A stretch of DNA of 64,000 nt from the human T2T-CHM13v2.0 reference genome, Homo sapiens. Below, piece by piece: positions 43,094-61,559 of this stretch. The first letter of the stretch is position 1. Every line of letters begins with the position of its first letter. The notes beneath the pieces were generated by a model. That model worked only from the letters and a program-made list of their open reading frames with translations. It did not search any database and had not been told where the DNA came from. Both the position numbers and the translations under genes were made by a program. The stretch lies in NCBI RefSeq assembly GCF_009914755.1, contig NC_060928.1. One strand, given 5' to 3'.

Positions 43094-44253
43094 GTAAGAG
43101 GCCCTCCAGCAGTGGCTGCGTGGCTGCTTAAAAATGCAAATTATTGAAAACTCTGCTATTCTTGCCATTACTGTGACATTTTGGGCAATTATTCCTACCT
43201 CTTTCTCTCCCTGCTCCTATCACCTAATGGGTGTATATTTCATGTTTAGGAGAAAGACATTCCAGCCCTGGAGAGAGGGGGTACTGTGAGGTTAGGAGTG
43301 GCTGTGAGCACCCTGTTCTTCAGACACCCCACTAGCTTCTGTTTTACACTGTGTGCACCCCAGGAACATGCTTGTAAGAGAGTCAGAATTTGGTGTAAGG
43401 CTGAAAATGAGCCAGAGTTACGAGGGTATGATGTTTTTTCTCCTTCCCCCTCACCTCTACCCTCATCACCAATGCACACAGGCACACACATTCATTCATA
43501 CACACGTATACGTCCTCTCCCTCCCATAACCCTGCCTCTCTGTCATCTTAAGGTCAAGAGGGACATATTAGTATTTTTCTTCTTCCTTCATACCATTTTT
43601 GTTCCCACCAGTCTGAGATAGCTGGTTCTTACTAAAATCATCAGGAAGATTGCAGATGGTGATAAAAGATATTCCTACGTGGCATCCTAACTTGTAGGCT
43701 TTTTAGTCTTTGTTGCTGTCTTAGCAAATATGCAGTGCATAGATTGTTCTCATTTTGAAAATTAAAAGACCTGTATTTCTTTCAGACTTTGAACATTTGG
43801 TCTTATTTTAACAGCTAAGTTCTTAACGTTTACTACGTCAACTGTACAACCCAATTGCTAGTTAGCAGAAGGGATGAGAATGTGAAATGGGTCTCTTTAC
43901 TATTTCCCTCCCTCTCCACCCTTAACTGTGATTAGGGTGTTTTACAGTTTTCACTTCATTTAAGTGTGGCTGATTTACAGGACTTTCAATCCGACCTAAA
44001 AATTTAGTGGTAGACATGACTCAGGGAACGGTTACAGGGTATCTGTGCTTTGAATAGAAGTTAATGTTCTATGCAGGCAGCAGGATGGTTGTGCCTTTTC
44101 CATTTGCCCTTATTTAATCTGGAATCTCGCAGCCTTCACCTTTTGTGAGCAGTTGTATGATATGGCAGAAGTCTCCATTTTTCTCATACATTATCTTCTT
44201 AATCTCAGTTTTTAAAATTGAATTTGAAAGAAATAAATTAAAACTCAAGATAG

Positions 44254-44591
<338 letters not shown>

Positions 44592-44689
44592 TTAGAATTA
44601 TTTGTATTATATGCCCAAGTGAAAATCACAGGAAACTTTAATTTTTAGATTCATCACTGTTGCCTTTGAGAGAAATTGGACTGAAACAA

Positions 44690-44925
44690 CATAACAGTAG
44701 TGGTAAAATTCTTTCCTCATTTACTGTATACCCAGCACTGTGCTAAATTCGTATACAACTTGTCTCATTTATCCATAAAACAGCCCTATGAAGTATAAGG
44801 TACTATTACTGTTGCCCATTTATAAATGAAAATGGAGGCACTGAGAGGTAAATAATGTTCCCTAGGTCATACAACTACTAAGTGCTGGAGTTGTCATTCT
44901 GAACCTGGAGTCTGTGTTGGTAATG
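44690..44925 (-). mobile_element. MIR
   Basis: cccattttataaatgaaaatggaggcactgagaggt core. Confidence 0.7.
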
Positions 44926-45761
44926 TCTCCCGTAAATTGCTTGGCGCTTGAACAGGCGTGAAAGAGCATCATTAGTGTGTATGCCCAGAGCTGGTTGAAT
45001 AGGCCCTGTTGGTTGTCAGAAGGGAATGGTGGCTTAAGTAGTGGAAAGACCTTGATATTTGGGGCCAGAGATTCTGATTTAAGGTTTGGCTTTGTCATTT
45101 TCCAGGCATTTGGGCTAAGCTTAAATTTTTTTTGGATTAAATAGACAGTATCATCCTCTCTGGGCAGTTTTTTTTTTCTTAGAGTTAAATAAAATATCTG
45201 TGCAATATTTTTTTGTCAACCATAGAACACAGTACAAATGCTGGTTCTTTAAAACACAAAGCAATGTTTCCCAAATTCAGGTCTTTGGACTGATGATGGT
45301 CTGAGATAAAATTGATAGTGGTCTGGTAACCCTTTTCATCTATTACCCCTGTCCCAAATAATGTAATTAGCTTTTCCTAAAGCTAGCTAAAAGCATTCCT
45401 TTTACATGAGTTATTTTTCCCCTCCTGGGCTTTTTTGATTTTTAGGTGTAGAAACTTTGTTTGTTTGTACATGAAATTACTGTGATAACAGATGTTAATT
45501 GCTTTTTTAAAAGTGTCTTGACTCAGTAAAGTAAGAAATTGTCAACTTCTGCTGGGCCTAACCTTTAATTTGTTATGGTTGGACTTTTATTGGCATGTGA
45601 AGTTCCAGATGCTAGAGGTCCCTCTGACATACAGCATTGTCCTGTGAGCCCTGATGGTGGTACTGCTGACTTAGTAAGAGTGGAAAAGGGGTTCAGAGAG
45701 TGTTCTGGGGCATACTTGGACAGTCACTCCTATTGAGTCTTAGATTTCTTATTCTTCATAC

Positions 45762-46336
<575 letters not shown>

Positions 46337-46651
46337 CATACTTCATTTTTAAAGGCTAGCTTTCAATCATCAGTAAGAGCAGCTGCTTACTAGGATGCTG
46401 TTCATGGACTTAAAGCACTAGGTGGATTTTTAGACTAGATGCTTCTTAGCACTATGATTCTATAATTCTATCATTTTGAGAGGCCAGAATTAAATCCCAA
46501 ACCATCTCATATATGGGATGGAACTTTTGAAACCCTTGTGAGCTCTTAATACCTAGAAACAAACAAAAAATAGAGCTTACAATTAAGAGATTTTCAGATA
46601 GGACATAACTGTTGATTTTTCTAGCAAACTATTTAAACAGTATGTCTTTAA

Positions 46652-47012
<361 letters not shown>

Positions 47013-47174
47013 TCCCCTCTTCTTCTTAGAACTAGCAGTATTGCTGATTTGTTTCATTGATTCAGCTGTATTCGTTGCTGCGTTTTAGACGTTTCCTCTT
47101 TAGTAATGTGTTTATAGCTCTGCAAATCTGCTTATTTATGAGGGAAAATATAAAGGGCTGTTTTTTTGTTGAAG

Positions 47175-47281
47175 GGCCTGCTCCGTTTGGTTCCAGTTGG
47201 GTCAAACACTATTGCATGTATCGAAAAGCAGCAAAGAAGTTCAACATGATCCCATTTGAGCACAGATCTGGAGGGAAACTT
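47175..47281 (+). CDS. ARHGAP10: ARHGAP10 coding exon (probably 9), PH: (R)PAPFGSSWVKHYCMYRKAAKKFNMIPFEHRSGGKL
   Basis: ttttgttgaAG acceptor, CTT|GTaagt donor, 107 nt, phase 1-0; overlaps ORF 47057..47293. Confidence 0.96.
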
Positions 47282-47498
47282 GTAAGTATTTGATTCAACA
47301 TAGAATAGATTATAATCTGTCAGAGGTAGTGTTTGAGGGTGTCATTTTAATGGTTTATATTTTAATGGTTTATATTCATGGATGGTAAATAAATTGTTAG
47401 TATTAAAATCTTTGTTTTGTTTTTGAGTGAAATGGGCCAGAAGACAGAACAATATATATGTTTTCTGAATTACATGCATGGGTTTTAAACCACTAGAT

Positions 47499-47733
47499 TT
47501 TTTTTTTTTTAAGTTCTGGGATACATGTGCACAACGTGCAGGTTTGTTACATAGGTATGCATGTGTCATGGTGATTTGCTGCACCCATCAACCCATCATC
47601 TACATTAGATATTTCTCCTAATGCTATCCCTCCCCTAGCCCCCAGCCCCCTCACAGACCCCAGTGTGTGATGTTCCCCTCCCTGTGTCCATGTGTTCTCA
47701 TTGTCAGCTCCCACTTAAGAGTGAGAATATGTG
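47499..47733 (-). mobile_element. L1PA 3' end, heavily 5'-truncated
   Basis: gatacatgtgcacaacgtgcaggtttgttacatagg; TSD ggttttaa(a)ccactagat on both sides. Confidence 0.9.
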
Positions 47734-48933
47734 GTTTTAACCACTAGATATTTTTTAGGTGAACAATAGAATCCTTTTTATGCCACTGTTTGGAAGATAA
47801 AGGTAACACTGACAGCAAGCTTTCATGACTCAGTGGTTCCTCAGCATTTATACAATGGAACTGACTTGCTGTTCATAGCCTGAAAACAAAGAAGAGTGAT
47901 CTACGATAAATTTTACTGTTGTTCTGTTCATCTTACAAAGTTCTCACATAGGTATTCACCATTTAGTTAACTGTTCCCCCTGAAACTAAAACAGCAAAGC
48001 ATGATAGTAAGAAAAGAGCAAGAAGACCTCACAGAGTTGGCTGTGTAGGAAAGGTGATCTTTATATGTATTTTAAATGGAATCTGCAGCTTATTACAATA
48101 ATTAATGGCCTAGAGACAAAGCTTCCCACCAATGTTGAACATAATTGATAACACATTTTAAGAAAGCAGCTTAATTCATTGCTTACTGGGTGAATGGGTA
48201 TGGTTTTGCTTAGGTGAATAAAAAAAGAAAAACCTATGTTCACTTCTATTTACTTGTACTATGCCTTTCCCTGAAAAATATTTAAAGCAGCTTTTAATAA
48301 AAACACATTTATATAATAATGAAACAGACATGGAAAATTAGTCATGGTGAGGAGAAGGAAGTGAGGAGATGGCTCTTGAAGCATCAGGTTTGAGACTGAG
48401 TTTCCTGTCAGAGCCAGTTCAAGTCCTAAGATATTTCTGCTTAGTGATATCTTTCTGTTTTAGCCTCCAAATAATAATGATAAATATGTTATGGAATATA
48501 ACTGTGAGATTTTGAATATTTGTGTATCTTAATGTTTGTTACTTAGAGATCTTCACGTTCTGGAAAATGTTAAAATGTTCAATAAGTGTGTACTCACACT
48601 TTATATAGTTGTTCTTTTACTGAGCACTTGTATTTCTGCATTGCAAATTAAGTAAAGATAAATTCAGGGTGATTCACATAGGGAAGAGAGAAATTGCATA
48701 GATTAAATGGTTCTAGCTTTAGATTATGAAAATATTTAATCTAGGGTTATCGGTGTACTTTTAGGCTGACGTGTATGGAATTGCAATTTTTATAGGCCAA
48801 AAATAGTCACATATTTTTTGTGACATGTGGTAAGAAATAAATTTTTACACTAAAAAAAGAGTACAATAAGAGACTAACAGTATTCCAGTATCTTAAAACT
48901 GTACTGTTAATCTACCTTTGAAAATTAACATTT

Positions 48934-49224
48934 GGCCAGGGACACTGGCTCACGCCTGTAATCCCAGCACTTTGGGAGGCCGAGGTGGGCAGATCACTTG
49001 AGGTCAGGAGTTTGAGACTGGCCTGGCCAACATGGTGAAATCCTGTCTCTACTAAAAATACAAAAATTAGCCAGTCATGGTGATGCACACCTGTAATCCC
49101 AGCTATTTGGGTGGCTGAGTCACAGAGTTGCTTGAACCCAGGATTCGGAGTTTGCAGTGAGCTGAGATTGCACCACTGCACTCCAGCCTGGGCAACAGAG
49201 CAAGACTGTCAAAAAAAAAAAAAA
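48934..49224 (+). mobile_element. AluS
   Basis: TSD aaaattaacatt / aaaagtaacatt. Confidence 0.9.
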
Positions 49225-49290
49225 GTAACATTGGTATTGTCTGGCATAACATTACCATCATCAGTAAGGTCTAGAAAATCTTAAGAATCA

Positions 49291-49582
<292 letters not shown>

Positions 49583-49779
49583 AAGAATCAGGAGAATGAC
49601 AAAAATATTAATATTTTAGATTCTAAATAGCATTTAAATAAGCCAGTTTGAAAGAGGATAGGGTAAAGAGAAGGACTTAAGATCTTGAACCTTGCTCCCC
49701 TGCTCTCCAGTATAGAATGGCTGAGTGTGTATATACTTATCCTGTAGGTTTTGAGAATGTTCAAAATGATTATTTGCAG

Positions 49780-49874
49780 GGGGACGGAGAGGTGTTCTTT
49801 TTGAAAGAATGTACCAAGAGGCATACTGACTCCATTGACAGAAGGTTTTGTTTTGACATAGAAGCTGCTGATCG
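49780..49874 (+). CDS. ARHGAP10: ARHGAP10 coding exon (probably 10), PH: GDGEVFFLKECTKRHTDSIDRRFCFDIEAAD(R)
   Basis: tttgcAG acceptor, TCG|GTaagt donor, 95 nt, phase 0-2; DRRFCFDI is typical of BAR-PH proteins. Confidence 0.95.
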
Positions 49875-50122
49875 GTAAGTTATTGGAATTATTGGACATG
49901 GTGAAAGAGTCGTTTTAAAAAAATGATTTAAAAAAATAGAGGTTAGTTGCAACTGTGATTTCTGTGGCCTGGGAGAATGTTATCTTGCTATATTTCCAGG
50001 CTGTGTGTTCATTATAAGCTGTTTAGTCTTGATCACCGGGTTTAGCTATGGGGTGATAGTTTCATCTTGATTTAGTTAGGAGTCATTCTAACCAGGGTTG
50101 TCACTTAAAAAATAACCTTGGA

Positions 50123-50503
<381 letters not shown>

Positions 50504-51189
50504 CTAAAAAGGGGTGATAGGTAGCTAGCTACTAATACAGAACAACATTCATTTGTGTGTGGGGGGGTTTTCAGTGTCTACATCCCGTACGTGATGGAGG
50601 GTCTTAGGCAAACTCCTTCTGTTTATTCAAAGGTGAATTCTTTTTTTTCCTTATTGCATGACTTCCAGTTATTTAGTTGTAAAAGAATCTTTGCCAGAGA
50701 GGAAGAAGTAGAAGAGAAAATTTTGTTCATCAGTATTACTACTTGTCTGGCATTAATTTCTATGTCCTCCAGTAGCATTAAGGAAAATCCTAGTGTTCAT
50801 AGAATATTTGCTTTTTAATGGCTGACAGTACAGTGATTCCTTGCCAGCCCTGGTTTTGGCAGTGATAGTTTTTAGGTAAGGCTGTTCTATGTTTGTATAA
50901 TAAAAGCTTATGAGATTTGTTAAAGCAAAAGTTCAGGTCAGAACCCAGGAATACAAAAGTAATTAATGCTGCTTCCTCTCTTAGATGATATAGTTGAGTC
51001 TCTGGGAGTAGTGCAGAGAGGAAGGATTAGTGGTTCACTTTGTAATAAATGAATTGAAGACCATTTATTGTACATAAAAACAGGCCCTTAAGCACCATGA
51101 TAAGTTTGGCACTACTGTGAAAAGGACAAGTGGTTAAATAAGCGTTTTGCCAAGATAGGAAAAATATGAAAGAGAATGTCAGTGAAAAA

Positions 51190-51306
51190 GAGGTTGGGTC
51201 TTGCTATGTTGCCCAAGCTGGTCTCAAAACTCCTGGACTCAAGCAATCCTCCCACCTTGGCCTCCCAAAGTCATAGGACTACAGGTGTGAGCCACCATGC
51301 CTGGCC
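51190..51306 (-). mobile_element. Alu left monomer (FLAM-like)
   Basis: reverse left arm only. Confidence 0.75.
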
Positions 51307-51409
51307 TAAATTTCAAGCCAGTAAGAACTCTTCCAAACTTTAAGAAGGGAATTAGTCAGTGTAACACAAGTCGAGCATACATCTGTGCGCACACACCCAT
51401 GGGTGGCAT

Positions 51410-51970
<561 letters not shown>

Positions 51971-52499
51971 GTCTCTGCAGATTACCATATAATCAGAATG
52001 TTTTCTAAATAATTGACAAAGATGAGCTAGCAGTCTACTAGAGAATATGTTAAGTGAGGTGAATCTGATTAGTTGTGAAAGCAGGGTACTTCTATAATGC
52101 AATTTAATCATTTTAATCATCCAGAGTCTCTGGTTTTCTCTGAGACCTTGATCATCCCCAATTTTCTTTTCTTTTTTTGTCAGCCATGATCCTAGCTATG
52201 ATTGGAACCACTCTCCACCCCTCAAAGACATTGATGAGGGATTCCTATGGAGGTGCTTACACATACGAAGGATAATACCTGTAGGGAGACTCTTGGAACA
52301 GGGGAGGACTTTAGGTCAGGGATCTATTCTAGTGGTTTTCAAGTACTTTATAGGGAGACTCTCTTTTCAAATAAAATTTCATGTTAATGTGTATATAAAG
52401 CAAAAAAAGTGGGTTCCCTTATTAAAGAGGCATAGGGGCCTGGATTCCTCCCCACCTTTTAGCTTCCGTCTTTTTTCTTGCAAAAGTCTCTAATTTACT

Positions 52500-53128
52500 T
52501 CCATTGAGGCTCACAGCTCCTTTCTGGGAACTCCTGGCAGGGGGACCTAATCTAGTTTAGGTGGCTAAATAAAGGCACACAGAGGATCTGACATCTAAAT
52601 TCATAAACTAAAGGGTTATCTGGAGTCAGCTGGGATTGAGAGTCATGTGCCAGGTAGAGTGAGTGTCACATGTGGAGGCCTGGAGACAGGAGAGAGCATG
52701 ATGTATTTGAGACACCTAGCGTCACTAGTGCAAGAGCCAGAGAGAGTGGGAGAAGAGGCTTGAGATGGGGCAACGGCCTGAACTTGAAGTTTTTGAACTT
52801 AATCCATTAAATAGTTTTAAGCAGGGCAGTGAGTGACAATTATATTTGTATTTCTCAAAGCTCATTCTGGCAGAGTAAGAAAGATTTGGAGGTAGCAAGA
52901 GGGGACAAGAGGAAGTAGTTTAAGGACAGGGTGAGAGGGCCAGGATTGGTGTGGTGGCAGTGGGGGTGGAGCCAAGTGGGGTAGATTTCTGGGGATAAAC
53001 TGGATGTTGCAGTAGAGGGTGAAGGAGTGGGGAAGGTTTCTGGCTTGAGTAGCTAGATGGTACCATTCACTAAGGTGGGAAACAAAGTGGGGGCATGAGG
53101 ATGGGGGAAGACAGTAAAATTAGTTTGG
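52500..53128 (-). mobile_element. L2 fragment
   Basis: purine-rich antisense L2 motifs (ttttaagcagggcagtga, ggtttctggcttgag, ccattcactaagg). Confidence 0.55.
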
Positions 53129-53133
53129 GTCAT

Positions 53134-53497
53134 TGTATTAGTTCATTTTCATACTGCTATGAAGAAATACCCAAGACTGGGTAATTTATAAAGAAAAAGA
53201 GGTTTAATGGACTCACAGTTCCATATGGTTGGGGAGGCCTCATAATCATGGCAGAAGGTGAAAGAGGAGCAAAGGCACATCTTACATGGCAGCAGGCAAG
53301 AGAACGTGTGCAGGGAACTGCCCTTTATAAAAACTATCAGATCTTGTGAGACTTATTCACTGTCATGAGAATAGCATGGGAAAAACCCATTCCCATGATT
53401 CAGTTACCTCCCACCAGGTCCCTCCCACAACATATGGGGATTATGGGAGCTACAATTCAAGTTGAGACTTGGGTGGGGACACAGCCAAACCATATCA
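53134..53497 (-). mobile_element. THE1 (THE1C-like) solo LTR
   Basis: tgtattagt...acacagccaaaccatatca; 5-bp TSD GTCAT (53129-53133, 53498-53502). Confidence 0.92.
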
Positions 53498-53829
53498 GTC
53501 ATGTTGAGTTAGATTGCTGTGGGTCATTATGAAGAGAAACCTGGGAAGAAATTGGGTACAGAGCTTGGCGGCTATGGCAGCATTTGATTTGTTATTCACG
53601 TTTGACCTCCTGAAACTCTCTATCCTTTTACTTCCATGACAGTTAACCATTCTGGTTCTCCCTCAGATCTCTTGGTCCTCTCCAGTTCAGCTGTTGCTCC
53701 TTTAAATGTTGCCATTTCCTATAGTTGTTTTTCTGTATCCATCCATTCTCATGGTTTCACACTTGAAAGTATATCTCTTGTAATATGTAGTTTTCTTACC
53801 CTTTTCTGTGTTTTGAACTGCTTCTAGAA

Positions 53830-54174
53830 TGTTTAGCTCCCTAATCCTAAAATCCGAGATCTATAATGCTTCCAAATGCAAAAATTTTTTAGCACTGGCA
53901 TAATGCCACAAGTGGAGAATTCCATACCTGACCTCATGTGATGGGTTGTAGTCAGAACTTCATTTCATGCACAAAATTATTAAAAATGTACAAAGTTACC
54001 TACAGGCTACAGGTATAAGGGGTATATGAAACGTACATGAATTTCTTGTTGAGATTTGGTTTCCATTCCCAAGATACCTCATTTCGTATGTGCAAATATT
54101 CTAAAATCCAAAAAAAATTGAAATCCAGAACCCTTCTCATTGCAAGCATTTTGGATAAAGGATACTCAACCGGT
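53830..54174. mobile_element. Tigger4b/MER46-type DNA transposon
   Basis: homologous to 24358-24690; ends ggatactcaacc. Confidence 0.75.
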
Positions 54175-54691
54175 GCATTGCCAATTCTGCTCTTTTTACA
54201 AGTCTTGGTAATTTCAGTATGGCTTCAGATGATGCTTTCAGCACTTGGCATCTTGACTTGTTAAGTTCCTCTCCTTCAGTGACCTTGTTCTTTACCGTAC
54301 CTCAGCCATTCTCTCCGGTGTTCATTCCTTAGACTTTGTCATTGCAAGGAACTGCAGTCCTCCGCAATCCTGATTGCAAGACTTTCTCTTTCTACCACCT
54401 TCTTTCCTAATAAGTACCCTTAGATTCCCCAGTTAAGCCCTACAGTCTGTTGTTCGTCGTGCACTCACTTTCTTCCTTAACTAGTTGAAATTTCATAGTC
54501 ACTCATCACAGTCCCTTTTTAATACCCTTCACTCCACTGCTTCTTTCCTTCTTTATTTTGCTTGTTTGCACAATCCCAACTTAAGATTCAGTTCTGCCTT
54601 CTCTCTTTCTAGAGAAGCAATTTCTACTGTATTCATGGGATCACCTCAAATACATGACCACTGTCCAACAATAGGCGGCCATTCATGGTAG

Positions 54692-55001
<310 letters not shown>

Positions 55002-55525
55002 CATGCTATGTTTCCTTAGTTGCTGTATACTCCCAGTTGAATATTTTATATTTTCCTCTCTCTCTTAAGCTCTGACACTGCCTTCCTTTCCTGATGACTT
55101 TGTGTCCTATTTTGTTGTGAAAATAGAAGCTGTAACAAGAGCTCTTTCCCGCTCTGGACACCCACCTCCACCCTCAGTGCCCAGACAGCCTGCCTTTCCT
55201 CCCTGCCTGTGGGAGCTGCCTGTGTTCCTGATGGAGGCCAACTCCTCTGTTCAGGTGTTTCCATTTCCTCTTCCCATCTTCTCTCCACTGCTCCAGGATA
55301 TTACTCAAGCAACTCTACTTTTTCTTTCTTGTTAACATTAGTTTTGGCTCCCGGCAGCAAGTGAAATGCTCTTATTTCATTCATCTTAAAAAAAACAAAA
55401 GCCACTACAGCCACCATCACCAATGAAACCACCCTTCCCTTTCATTTACTGCCCATTTTTTAACTCCTATAAACATAACAATTCTTCAAAAAGCTATTAT
55501 ATTTATGGTCTCACATTTCTTTCCT

Positions 55526-56155
<630 letters not shown>

Positions 56156-57253
56156 TTATGACCTTGTCCAGTCTTACGACTTTATGTGCCATCCGTATGT
56201 TGATAACTTGCAAATTTATTATCTCTACCTGGATCTTGTCCCTGACCTCCAGCTTCTTATATCCAGCTGCCTACTCAGTATTGCTTCTGGGGTGTCTAAA
56301 AGGCATTTCAAACAGTGTCGATGTGGTGAATGGTGATTGTTTTTTGAAAGTTTTCCAATAAGTCTTGGGAGTGGGAGTGGGGGTAGTTACATTCCTCTAA
56401 CATGTTATATAGGTAAATGAATTCATTCCTACCATATAAATACTAATATGTAAATCTTTATTTTTTCTTAAAAGTCATACATGCTTATTTTAAGTCCAAA
56501 ATTTTCTAAAGCTCCTTGGTTAACTTGGAAAATAATTTTTTTGTTGTGTTCATATCCTTTAGTCTAAAAGATGAAGCTGCTTTTTAAAAACAATTACAGA
56601 CCCCCCGCCCTTTAATGGTTTATTTCCTCATTTCTAAACAGAGAAACATCTATTCTGGTTTGCTGTTACCAGTAGATACTGTTTGGGGTTCCTTAATTTC
56701 CTGCCATTTTCCACCGTCTGTGTCTTACAGTTAGTCTCATGTGGAGCAAAATCTGCTGGCAGAAGGTGAATGTACTTTGAGATCTGTGATTTTGGGGCTT
56801 CGAAAGCATTATTTAGTGAAAAGTGTGAATGAGATAGGCTCTTCTCTTGTCTACTCTCCTGATTCCTAGGTAGAATCAGGAATCAGGGAATTATAAGAAA
56901 TTTGTTCCTTGTCTATTAGATTATGAATTCCATGAGGGTAGGAACACTGTCTTACTTAGTGTTACTTGGTATCACAATACCACATGTAATGCTTTATACA
57001 TGGTGGACATTTAACAGATTTGTACTGGATTAAACGAAATTGAATTGTTGCTCAGAAGTGACTGAACTGTGATTAGATTCAATCAAGCAACTGTCAGTCA
57101 ACTATCCTTTTCTTCTGCACCACACCGCTATACTGTGAGCTCTAGTGTCTTCATTCTGCTTCAAGAAAAATAAACCTAACTTGTTGTGGAGTTTGTGGGT
57201 ATTATAAATGGATTTCTGATGCAGTTTGTACAAGGTTCGTATTGGGTACCTTC

Positions 57254-57600
<347 letters not shown>

Positions 57601-57769
57601 TAAACATACTTTGTCTTTACAAGTATCTGTTTTTGCTATTTTTTTTTTATTTCCTGTGTTGGGAGGGCAGCTGGGTAGCATTTTGAAGTAGATGATATTT
57701 AATAAACTGCACAGTGGAGGCTGGGCTTGCATTTGATCTGTGTAGATATAAATCAAGAGCTTTTACTTA

Positions 57770-58220
57770 TTTGTGGCGTTATTTTAGATCAGATTTGGTT
57801 GCATGTAACAGAAAAAGTCAAAACAAAATGGCTTAAACGGGGTTAAAGTTTATTTTTTTCTCTTGTTTGGGAAGCCCAGAGGTTGCCAGATCACAGCTGA
57901 TATAATCCTGCTCTCTCGAGCATAGTTTACTTTTATCAGTCACCTGAGGCACGAGACAGCATATAGCACTGTTCCATTTATCACATAGCACTGTCTGTGG
58001 TTGTAGGGACATTTTCCAGTGGTTGCATAGACTACTTTTGCTCACAGACCATTGGCTGGAATGGAGTTATGTGGTTATACCTAGTTGCAAGGGAGGCTTC
58101 TAAATCCTAAGGTTGGGAAATTGCTGTCTTTTGTTTTCAGAGGTCCATGAGTTGTTTTAGTACTTTACTATTACTGAGAACCAATGGGAGAATGGCTAAT
58201 GGAGGGTGGGGCGGAGCTCA
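57770..58220 (-). mobile_element. old MLT1-type LTR remnant
   Basis: ggttgcatgtaacagaaaa...tggcttaaac and cattggctggaat...cctagttgcaagggaggct. Confidence 0.5.
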
Positions 58221-58317
58221 GCTAGCCATTACTACTTTATCAATGGTTAGATGGATGTGTGCTTCATTTTTTTCTCCCTCAATTTACCAAAGGGTTACTT
58301 TGAATTTTTCTTAGCTA

Positions 58318-59577
<1,260 letters not shown>

Positions 59578-60674
59578 AACAATGGAACACAGCTGCAAAT
59601 GAATACCTACCATAGCTAAAAGAAGGGTCTTAAATCACTATAAACTATCACTACATGACGTCAGCCACATTTCAGAGACCATGGGCTATGAAATGATTAG
59701 GTCTCTCATTTTTTTAGGTTGGAGACATTGTATTTTGTATGGATGTTTTCTCCATGGCAAGTTGTAGTCTGTCAGGAGGTGTAGCTTTCTTCCCTGAAGG
59801 GTGGAATATCACCCTTCCCCCGCCCCAACAATTGTGTTATATAACATGCTGTTAGCTTCGCTGGCATGCTTGCCACATGCCACTTTGTGCTGTGACCCCC
59901 CCACACATTTGCTTGATAAATAATTACCCGTTCTGTGAAAGTTCTCCCACACATCACATTCAGGCACTGCTTAAAGAAAATGCTTCCCGTTTTGCTCTCA
60001 TTAATCTGACATTTCGAATATTATATTTGGTTTCATTTTGCCTGGTTCCCATATCACTCTTGAAAGGATGGCAAGATGCTTCTGACTTGTAGAATTCACT
60101 TATTTATATTTTTATGTTGAGGAAGAGAGGAGGAAATCACCTATGTATCTGAAGCACTGGCGTTTTACAGTGATTTTATACCAGCAACTTTATTTAGTAT
60201 CTGTTTGCATGATGCTGTACCGTTTCTCAATTTAAAAGAGTGAGTTAAGAGCATGTTGCCTTCAGAAGCCCATGCAATTTGACTGAATATGAGAATGTTT
60301 GTATAACACATTAACTGTACTAATATTTGTAAGCATTTTATAGAGCCTCACATCCAGGCACCTAGACAATTGTTGACTGTTTTTGGCACTGAGGATACAG
60401 CAATAAACTAGAAATTAAAAGACTTGAAATTGAGGGAACTCACAGACCAGGAGGATTTAGAAGCAAGTAACAGTTCAGAGGTCTAAGGTGCTGTGGGAGT
60501 TGAGCAGCATGGGGGAGTGTGGGGTTGGCTGGAAGAGCTTACTAAAGAAAGTGATTTTTAAAATTGACTCTTGAAGATGAGGTAACCAGTTTGGAGACTC
60601 AGAGGAAGGGGGGCCCAAGGCAAAAAGGAATCACAGGAAGTATGGAGAACACATGTTGAGATAATCCTTTAAAT

Positions 60675-60922
60675 CAGAGGTTCTCAACTGTGGGCGATGT
60701 TGCTCCTAGGGGACACTGGGCAATATCTGGAGACACTGATATAATGTATTTTAACTGTGTGTTTGGGGGCTGGGGGTTAGAAGAGGGCAGGGAGTTGCTA
60801 CAGACATCTAGAGGGTAGAGGGCAGCTGTGCTGCTGAACACCCTCCAGGGCACAGGGCAGGCTTCTGCAACAAAACATCATCTGCTCCAAAATGTCAGGA
60901 GTGCCACTGTTGAGAAGTCCTG
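60675..60922 (+). mobile_element. MER20 hAT-Charlie DNA transposon
   Basis: TIRs cagaggttctcaac / gttgagaagtcctg; ggcaatatctggagaca core. Confidence 0.8.
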
Positions 60923-60985
60923 ATTTAATGCATGTGATAAGATAGAGACCCCTACAAATACTTGTGGAATTGAATGGAAGTAAAC

Positions 60986-61278
60986 TTTTTTTTTTTTGAG
61001 ACGGAGTCTTGCCCTGTCCCCCAGGCTGGAGCGCAGTGGCGTGATCTTGGCTCACTGCAACCTCTGCCTCCTGGGTTCTAGCGATTCTCCTGCCTCAGCC
61101 TCCTGAGTAGCTGGGATTACAGGTGTGAGCCACCATGCCCAGCTAATTTTTGTATTTTTAGTAGAGACGGGTTTCACCTTGTTGGTCAGGCTGGTCTTAA
61201 ACTCCTGACCTCAGGTGATCCACCTGCCTCAGCCTCCCAAAGTGCTGGGATTACAGACGTGAGCCACTGCTCCCGGCA
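60986..61278 (-). mobile_element. AluS
   Basis: TSD GGAAGTAAACTTTTT on both sides. Confidence 0.9.
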
Positions 61279-61322
61279 GGAAGTAAACTTTTTAAATGTA
61301 AATTTTTTTTTATGTAAGTGGA

Positions 61323-61559
61323 ATTATACCTTTTTATTGAAATATATATATTTCAATATATATATTATTATTCTCTCTATATATAATACTATTCTATATA
61401 TATAGAAATACATATTTCAATAAAAAGGTATAATAAGAATATATATATTTCAGTAAATATATATCACATGTATTTCACATATTTCATATGTATTTCATAT
61501 ATATTTATATATTTATATAATCTATATATAGAACTATATATATATATTTCAATAAAAAG
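61323..61559. repeat. AT-rich nested inverted repeats
   Basis: perfect 23-bp IR 61323-61345 / 61412-61434; 24-bp palindrome 61335-61358. Confidence 0.9.
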
